A stretch of 43,290 bases of DNA. Origin: Phycisphaerae bacterium. Its GTDB lineage: Bacteria > Planctomycetota > Phycisphaerae > UBA1845. Below are positions 37,522 to 43,290 of the stretch, in pieces. The stretch lies in the NCBI GenBank assembly GCA_029260255.1, contig JAJDDR010000111.1, forward strand, positions 1 to 43,290, written 5' to 3'. Within the stretch, counting starts at the first letter, position 1, and each line of letters begins with the position of its first letter. The notes under the pieces were generated by a model. It worked only from the letters and a program-made list of their open reading frames with translations, did no database searches and had not been told where the DNA came from. The translations under genes and the position numbers were made by a program.

Positions 37522-38772
37522 TCACGGTTTTGGATGGACGGGGAGTACTCGACCTTTCTTGATAACGCGACGTACGCAGTTTCTTCCTGCATTGTAGGGG
37601 AGTTGGTCGTAGTTCTCCACGTCGAGGATGACGAGGTCTGCTTGCATACCTCGGGCGATCGTGCCGATGCGATCCGCTCGGTTGAGGGCGGCGGCGGCGG
37701 TCGCGGTGACGCCGGCGAGGCACTCGGCGGGCGTCATTCTCATCTGCGTGCAGGCGATGGACATGACCAAGGCGAGCGATTCGACCATGGATGACCCGGG
37801 GTTGTAATCGGTCGCCAGCGCCACGGGCAACCCTGAGTCAATGATCTTGCGGGCGGGAGCCTGCTCGACGCCCAGGAACCACGAGCAGCCGGGAAGCAGG
37901 ACCGCAATGACGCCCGCCTCTTTCATGGCGGCGATGGCGCCGTCGTCAATGGCCTCCAGGTGATCTGCTGATATCGCTCCGACTTCCGCAGCCAAACGTG
38001 ACGCGCCGATCTGCGTGATCTGATCGGCGTGCAGCTTGGGCGTCAGCCCGTACTCCTTCGCCCTGAGCAGGATGCGGCGCGATTCGTCGACGGTGAAGGC
38101 GGTGCGTTCGGTGAAGACGTCGCAAAACTCCGCAAGCCCCTCGCGTGCAACGCGGCCCATCATCTCGTCGCTGCACACGAGGTCGATGTACGCGCCGCGG
38201 CGGTCCGCGTACTCAGCCGGGACGGTGTGCGCGCCCAGAAACGTCCCGACGAGTTCGATCGGTTGCATTGGGTTGAGCTTCTTGACGGTGCGGAGCATCT
38301 TGAGTTCGTCGTCGATGCTCAGACCGTAGCCGCTCTTGATTTCGACAGTGGTGACGCCGCCGGCCAGCATGCGTTCCAACCGCGGAAGCGCCAGGGCGAC
38401 GAGATCGTCTTCGCTTGCCTCGCGAACGGCTCTGACGGTCGTCTTGATCCCGCCGCCTTCTTCGGCAATCTGTGCGTAGCTCTTGCCTTCGATGCGCTTG
38501 ACGAACTCGTCCTCGCGCGAGCCGGCGAAGACGGTGTGCGTGTGGCAGTCGATCAGACCGGGCAGAACGCACTTGCCCCCCGCGTCGATGACTTCGTCGC
38601 CGGGCGGCTTGGCTGGCCCGTCCCCGTTCCCAAACGATTCAATCCGCTCACCCTCGATCCGCAACCAAGCGTTGTGAAGCACATCGACCCCGTAGGGCGG
38701 GCTCTGCCCGCCGTCTTCTGCGAGCCGAGCACGCGGCATGGCAAGTTGCCCGATGTTCTGAATAATGATCAT
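37522..38772 (-). CDS. hutI: Imidazolonepropionase
   Basis: PGLIDCHTH, GGGIKTTV, EIKSGYGL, KLHADQ, SADHLE and ATDYNPGS motifs. Start at MIIIQN. Confidence 0.95.
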   Translation of the reverse strand: MIIIQNIGQLAMPRARLAEDGGQSPPYGVDVLHNAWLRIEGERIESFGNGDGPAKPPGDEVIDAGGKCVLPGLIDCHTHTVFAGSREDEFVKRIEGKSYAQIAEEGGGIKTTVRAVREASEDDLVALALPRLERMLAGGVTTVEIKSGYGLSIDDELKMLRTVKKLNPMQPIELVGTFLGAHTVPAEYADRRGAYIDLVCSDEMMGRVAREGLAEFCDVFTERTAFTVDESRRILLRAKEYGLTPKLHADQITQIGASRLAAEVGAISADHLEAIDDGAIAAMKEAGVIAVLLPGCSWFLGVEQAPARKIIDSGLPVALATDYNPGSSMVESLALVMSIACTQMRMTPAECLAGVTATAAAALNRADRIGTIARGMQADLVILDVENYDQLPYNAGRNCVRRVIKKGRVLPVHPKP

Positions 38773-38861
38773 GTCCTCTGTATTCTCCCCGATTCGCGGT
38801 GCATTGCCAGACCCGCCGTCCGCGGCGGGTTTGGTCTTGGCCACTCGGCACGACAATCGAC

Positions 38862-40205
38862 CTACTTGATGCCGCTTTGATCGACAACTTGCTGTCGGTC
38901 TTCCTCACCGAATCGGCCGATGTCGGCGGCGAAGTCGAGAACGGTGTAACGGGCGCGGATGTGACGCGCCCAGCGGAGCGCGTCCGTAGCGGCGGAGTGG
39001 TCGAGCTTGAGCGCGCTCAGCGTGGTGGGGGCGCCGGCGCGGGTGAGGAGCGATCGGACCTGGTCGGCCGACTTGAGGACCGGAGAGACGGCGAACCAGA
39101 TGTCGGTCCAATGGTCCTTGATAAACGCCACGCGGCGGCGAGCATCCTGCACGGTTCGGCGTTTTTGGCGCGCCTGGGCGATGACCGCGGGGGCGGCGGA
39201 GCCGAAGTGGTCGGCGAGCTCGGCGTCGGAAGTGTCGCTGCATGGCACTTTCGGTTCGATGCCGGCGGGATTCACGGCTGAGAGGGTCTCGTACAGTTGC
39301 GCGCACAGCAGCGTGCCGAGCCCCACCTGAGCGCCGTGCAGGCGGTGCCCCTCGGGACCGCACATGTCCCAGTAATGCGAGACGAGATGCTCGCCGCCCG
39401 ACGCGGGGCTGGAACTTCCCGCGGCGGCCATCGCGATTCCGGACAGCAGGAGGGCGGCCGTCAGGGTGGCGACCCCGTGCTCGGTCCGGGCGGCGATGCC
39501 GTCGAGATCGTCGATCACGGCGTCGGCGGCCAGCGTGGCCAATCGGGCGGACGCGTCGCAGTAGTACCCGCCCTCGATGAGTCGGGCGAGGATCCAATCG
39601 GCGTTGCAAACGAATTTGCTGAGCAGGTCGGCCGCGCCGGCTGCCGTCATGTCGCGCGGGGATCGGCGGATAACGTCGAGGTCGACGACGACGGCCACGG
39701 GCGCGACGACGGGGTCGGTCACCTTCAAGCCGTCGCGCTTGAGCGATGCGACGGTGGATGTGTAACCGTTCATCGATGCGGCTGTCGGGTAGCTGATGTA
39801 GGGAATCTCGCGCTGCGTGGCGGCGGTTTTACAAATGTCGTTGATGGTCCCCGAGCCGACGCCGATGAGGCATCGCGGATTGACCGTTCCGATTGCGCGC
39901 GAAAGCGCGTCGACGGATGATTCATCCGCGACGAGGGCGGCGGATTCGAATACGTGTTCCTCTATCCCGATCGAAGTGCCACGCAGAGTCCCGGTGATTT
40001 CCGCTGCGATCTCGTGCGTGTTGATGTCGCTGACGACCAGCGGTTGACCCGCTAGGCCAAGCTCACGCAGCGTTTCGATCAAGGCGGTACCGCGGCAATC
40101 GTCGAGGCGAACCGTCTTTGTGGTAACGCAATGCGCTGTGCCGCATGGGCAGTCGCGCTCGCAAGCGAGCCACTCCGAGATCGCATGCATGAGTTTTTCG
40201 AGCAT
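38862..40205 (-). CDS. sn-glycerol-1-phosphate dehydrogenase (EgsA/AraM family)
   Basis: GSGTINDICK, PTAASMNGYTS, PASGGEHLVSHYWD and LHGAQVG; N-terminal CPCGTAH as in AraM-type enzymes. Confidence 0.85.
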   Translation of the reverse strand: MLEKLMHAISEWLACERDCPCGTAHCVTTKTVRLDDCRGTALIETLRELGLAGQPLVVSDINTHEIAAEITGTLRGTSIGIEEHVFESAALVADESSVDALSRAIGTVNPRCLIGVGSGTINDICKTAATQREIPYISYPTAASMNGYTSTVASLKRDGLKVTDPVVAPVAVVVDLDVIRRSPRDMTAAGAADLLSKFVCNADWILARLIEGGYYCDASARLATLAADAVIDDLDGIAARTEHGVATLTAALLLSGIAMAAAGSSSPASGGEHLVSHYWDMCGPEGHRLHGAQVGLGTLLCAQLYETLSAVNPAGIEPKVPCSDTSDAELADHFGSAAPAVIAQARQKRRTVQDARRRVAFIKDHWTDIWFAVSPVLKSADQVRSLLTRAGAPTTLSALKLDHSAATDALRWARHIRARYTVLDFAADIGRFGEEDRQQVVDQSGIK

Positions 40206-40248
40206 GTTGCCGTCCTGGAGGTGCCGAGTAGAGCACCACGTATCGAAC

Positions 40249-40315
40249 GTCATGCTGAGCGAAGCGAAGCATCTTACCCGGCACCTGCGAGATTCCTCGC
40301 TACGCTCGGAAAGAC
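40249..40315. repeat. (C)GTC-type REP-like inverted doublet between murA and the G1PDH gene
   Basis: Arms GTCATGCTGAGCGAAGCGAAGCATCT (40249-40274) and AGATTCCTCGCTACGCTCGGAAAGAC (40290-40315) match at 20/26 as inverted repeats. Confidence 0.7.
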
Positions 40316-40335
40316 CGGGTCGTTCGGGGTTCCAC

Positions 40336-41601
40336 CTACTCGCCAACGCGCCGGATGTCCGCGCCGACGGCGGCCAGCTTCTCCTCGATGTTGAGGTAGC
40401 CGCGATCGATGTGGTATGCGCGACTCACGCGGGTCTGCCCCTTGGCGATCAGCCCCGCGAGGATCAGTGCGGCGGACGCACGCAGGTCCGACGCCATCAC
40501 CGGCGCGCCGATCAGCTTCTTCACGCCGTGGATGATCGCGGTGCCGCCTTCGCGGCGGATGTTGGCGCCCATGCGCTTGAGTTCCGCAACGTGGTGGAAA
40601 CGGTCGGTGTAGATTTTCTCGGTCACCACGCTGTTGCCGTCCGCCAGACAAAGCAGTGCCATGGTCTGCGCCTGCAGGTCCGTTGGGAAACCGGGGTATG
40701 GTTGCGTGGTGATTTCCACCGGCTCCAGGCGGCGGGCGGACGACACGGAGATTCCCTTTTCGGACCGCTCGACGATGACGCCGATGCGACGCAGCGAATC
40801 GACCGCCGCGATCAGATGCTCCAGCCGCCCGCCGACGAGTTCGAGTTCCCCGTTCGTAATGGCCGACGCGATCATGTACGTGCCGGTTTCGACGCGATCG
40901 GGGATGATTTCGTGGGTGCAGCCCTTCAACGAGGCGACGCCGTCGATGGTGATACGCGGCGTGCCCTGACCGTTGATGCGCGCGCCGCAGGCGTTGAGGA
41001 AATCAGCCAGGTCGGTCACCTCCGGCTCGCAGGCGGCGGATTCGATCACCGTCCTTCCTTCGGCGAGGACAGCCGCCGTAATGACGTTGGCCGTCCCCGT
41101 CACAGACGGACCGAACGCGCCGCCGAGGAACATCTCCGCGCCCTTGAGCTTCTTCGCTCGGATCATCATGTCGCCGCCGGACAACTCGTACTCGGCGCCG
41201 AGTGCTTCGAATCCTCGCAGGTGGAGATTGACCGGCCGGTATCCAATGGCGCAACCGCCCGGCATGGCAACCTGGGCACGTTTGCGCTTTGCGAGCAACG
41301 GTCCCATGACGCAGACGCTGGCACGCATCTTACTGACCAGCTCGTATTCCGCGTGACAGTTCATCTCGTCGACCACGCGGATGTGCAGCGTTCCGTCGTC
41401 GTCGCGCTCCGACTGGACACCCAGTCGGTTCAGCAGCGTCAGCATCGAACGCACGTCGGTCAGGTCCGGGACGTTTTTCAAGAGGACCTCGTCCTCGCAG
41501 AGGATGCAGGCCGCGAGGATCGGCAGCGCGGCGTTCTTCGCGCCGCCGATATCGATCTTGCCCTTCAGGCGATTTCCACCGCTGATCTCGAAATGTTCCA
41601 C
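40336..41601 (-). CDS. murA: UDP-N-acetylglucosamine 1-carboxyvinyltransferase
   Basis: GAKNAALP, MRASV, PGGCAIGYRP (active-site Cys), PYPGFPTDLQ, DLRA and HIDRGY motifs. Confidence 0.97.
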   Translation of the reverse strand: MEHFEISGGNRLKGKIDIGGAKNAALPILAACILCEDEVLLKNVPDLTDVRSMLTLLNRLGVQSERDDDGTLHIRVVDEMNCHAEYELVSKMRASVCVMGPLLAKRKRAQVAMPGGCAIGYRPVNLHLRGFEALGAEYELSGGDMMIRAKKLKGAEMFLGGAFGPSVTGTANVITAAVLAEGRTVIESAACEPEVTDLADFLNACGARINGQGTPRITIDGVASLKGCTHEIIPDRVETGTYMIASAITNGELELVGGRLEHLIAAVDSLRRIGVIVERSEKGISVSSARRLEPVEITTQPYPGFPTDLQAQTMALLCLADGNSVVTEKIYTDRFHHVAELKRMGANIRREGGTAIIHGVKKLIGAPVMASDLRASAALILAGLIAKGQTRVSRAYHIDRGYLNIEEKLAAVGADIRRVGE

Positions 41602-41673
41602 CGCGCCGTGTCCTTTCGATCTGTCGACGTTCGTCTCGCGATTGCACAAACCGACAACCGCGCGCACAGTGTA

Positions 41674-42564
41674 TCAGACTTTCGTGAATTGCATCACCCG
41701 GTCGTGCGGGTCGCTCGGAGCGCGAAACGTCCCGGAATGCACCAGCGCCCCGCCGCCCGCGAACACCGCCGCGACATCGTCACGTTGGCCGGCTCCGATT
41801 TCGACGAGGACGGCGCCGTCGGCTTTCAGCAGGCTCGTGGCGCCGGACGCGATGACGCGGAACAACGCGAGCCCGTCGCCGCCGGGGGTTAGGGCGATGG
41901 TCGGTTCGTGGTCGCGGACGTTGGGTGGCAGAGTAGCCATGTCCGCCTCGGACACGTACGGCGGGTTCGACACGATCAGGTCGAACCCGCCCTGAGGCAC
42001 GACGTCGGGAGACAGCGAGAGGTCGGCCGCCTCGACGAACCGGATGCGGTCCGCGACCTCGTGCCGGCCGGCGTTTCTGCGGGCGACGTCAAGGGCGCCG
42101 GCCGAGATGTCCGTGGCCACGCCCGTTGCTCGAGTGCAGTTCGCCAGGATGGTGACGATGATGCATCCGCTGCCCGTCCCCAGGTCGAGGATGCTGGGTG
42201 TTCCTTGGCTGCCCCGGCAACGCCCGATGGCGCGATCGACCAGCGTCTCGGTCTCGGGCCGGGGGATGAGGACGTCGGCGGTGACCTCGAACTCCAGTGA
42301 GAAAAACTCGCGAAAGCCGACCAGATAGGCGATGGGCACGTGCTGAGCCGCGCGTCGCACTGTATCCCGGAACTGCGCGAGGACGGTCTCATCGGGCACA
42401 TTGTCGAATCGGGTGTACAGTTGGATGCGCGGGCATCGCAGTGCGTGGGCGAGAAGGATCTCGGCGGACAGCCGTGGCTCGTCGAGACCGTGGTTGTCGA
42501 AATGGCCGGTGGTCCAAGTCAGCAGGCGACCTATGGTCCACGGCGTCTGTGGTTCGTCGCCCAT
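41674..42564 (-). CDS. prmC: Release factor glutamine N5-methyltransferase
   Basis: VLIPRPETE, DLGTGSG, SNPPY and GGDGL motifs. Start at MGDEPQ; the longer ORF start runs through the MITE. Confidence 0.95.
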   Translation of the reverse strand: MGDEPQTPWTIGRLLTWTTGHFDNHGLDEPRLSAEILLAHALRCPRIQLYTRFDNVPDETVLAQFRDTVRRAAQHVPIAYLVGFREFFSLEFEVTADVLIPRPETETLVDRAIGRCRGSQGTPSILDLGTGSGCIIVTILANCTRATGVATDISAGALDVARRNAGRHEVADRIRFVEAADLSLSPDVVPQGGFDLIVSNPPYVSEADMATLPPNVRDHEPTIALTPGGDGLALFRVIASGATSLLKADGAVLVEIGAGQRDDVAAVFAGGGALVHSGTFRAPSDPHDRVMQFTKV

Positions 42565-42599
42565 CCCGCGTTTATACCGCCGGCCGAGGTCTGGGCAAA

Positions 42600-42730
42600 G
42601 GGTGTGACCATTGATTGTGGCATGCCAGGGGTAGGGCGGGTTCCACCCGCCTTCTTCCTCGGTTGCGGCGGGTAGAACCCGCCCTACGGCATGTCCCTGA
42701 CCAACGATGCCACAGAGAATGGTCACACCC
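42600..42730. mobile_element. MITE (131 bp) with 24-bp TIRs and 9-bp TSD
   Basis: Near-identical to 28298-28426; CTGGGCAAA duplicated at 42591-42599 and 42731-42739. Confidence 0.92.
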
Positions 42731-42757
42731 CTGGGCAAAGTCGGGTCGCTTTTGGAA

Positions 42758-42786
42758 TTGAATTCGGGTGGGTTCGCGCGTACACT
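42758..42786 (+). promoter_or_regulatory. Sigma70-type promoter for tRNA-His
   Basis: TTGAAT-17 bp-TACACT ~70 bp upstream of the tRNA; leader hairpin GTCGACGG-N9-CCGTCGAC at 42796-42820. Confidence 0.55.
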
Positions 42787-42854
42787 CCCGAAGCTGTCGA
42801 CGGCGTTTGTTTCCGTCGACGCGGTGATCGGGCCTGCGGGCGTGATTGCATGAT

Positions 42855-42928
42855 GGTGGGCGTAGCTCAGTTGGTGGAGCACCAGGTTGTGGTCCTGGGG
42901 GTCGCGGGTTCAAGTCCCGTCGCTCACC
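42855..42928 (+). tRNA. tRNA-His (GTG)
   Basis: G-1, acceptor stem GTGGGCG/CGCTCAC, C discriminator, D-arm GCTCAGTTGGTGGAGC, anticodon arm CCAGG-TTGTGGT-CCTGG, T-arm GCGGGTTCAAGTCCCGT; CCA not encoded. Confidence 0.96.
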
Positions 42929-43105
42929 CGTTGGTTGGATCGACATAACATAAGGTGAATCCGCGCGTTGCGAATACCCGCCTGATCGCGGCGCTTCTCG
43001 GACGGCGCGCCGGGTGGTGCTTCGGCCGCACCTGGACCGCCTTCACTACTCCACAGGGAATCGCCCGTCGGCGACCCTTCCCCCAGTCCTTTCCGCCCAA
43101 AAAAT

Positions 43106-43130
43106 TGCGCGAGAGAGGACTCGAACCTCT
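43106..43130 (-). other. Isolated tRNA 3'-end fragment (att-site-like)
   Basis: Minus strand AGAGG-TTCGAGT-CCTCT-CTCGCGC-A = T-arm + 3' acceptor strand + discriminator, with no 5' half visible; differs from tRNA-His. Confidence 0.55.
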
Positions 43131-43139
43131 TCGGGAACC

Positions 43140-43290
43140 ACGGGGAAAACCGCCCACTCCGGACAAGGCGGTGCAGAATCCGGTGCAGTCGGCGCACGAA
43201 ACCGCACCCATGATCCCGAATTGGCCGCCGTCGTGGCCGCGTGGGCAGACCTGCCGGAAGCCGTCCGCGCGGGCATCGTGGCGATGGTCC
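43140..43290 (+). CDS. Partial small hypothetical ORF of a type I associate with planctomycete integrative-element ends
   Basis: Frame reads ..GQGGAESGAVGARNRTHDPELAAVVAAWADLPEAVRAGIVAMV, open at the window end; start undefined. Confidence 0.45.

Noticed and set aside
40206-40346. N-terminal extension of G1PDH (LSERSEES..CFASLSMT)
   Set aside because: It is a translation of the REP-like doublet; ATG 40205 has a CAGGA SD-like motif.
10403-42739. Repeats read as a CRISPR array
   Set aside because: Copies are dispersed with TIRs and TSDs; no repeat-spacer periodicity and no cas genes.
42565-42882. 106-aa N-terminal extension of prmC in the ORF track
   Set aside because: Runs through the MITE and the antisense tRNA region; PrmC-like sequence begins at MGDEPQ.
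43106-43130. A second complete tRNA on the minus strand
   Set aside because: Only the T-arm and 3' acceptor strand are present; no D-arm, anticodon arm or 5' acceptor strand.

Overview
GC-rich (roughly 60-65% by eye) bacterial chromosome segment. Gene style points to Planctomycetota, probably Phycisphaerae (inference): an ECF-coupled Ser/Thr kinase-TPR protein, a DUF1559-like prepilin, an FHA-GAF histidine kinase and an hpf-PTS IIA-HPr cluster. Much of it is housekeeping: purL(+PurS)-purQ, family-4 UDG, folD, sucC, hutI-ftcd, G1P dehydrogenase, murA, prmC and tRNA-His(GTG). Best candidate for an undescribed system: a ~10 kb membrane module (11.3-21.6 kb) with three SPFH/HflK-HflC-like genes, a PilH-like ABC ATPase, two permeases (one divergent) and a membrane-anchored helical protein split by one in-frame TAA; no ftsH is present. 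Also notable: a three-copy MITE family with 24-bp bipartite TIRs, 8-9-bp target duplications and an internal GTAG-REP doublet; a tandem pair of B12-type radical SAM enzymes; two other REP-like palindromes; and a tRNA 3'-end fragment (att-like) at the right edge. Family assignments come from motif recognition only; no database searches were run.
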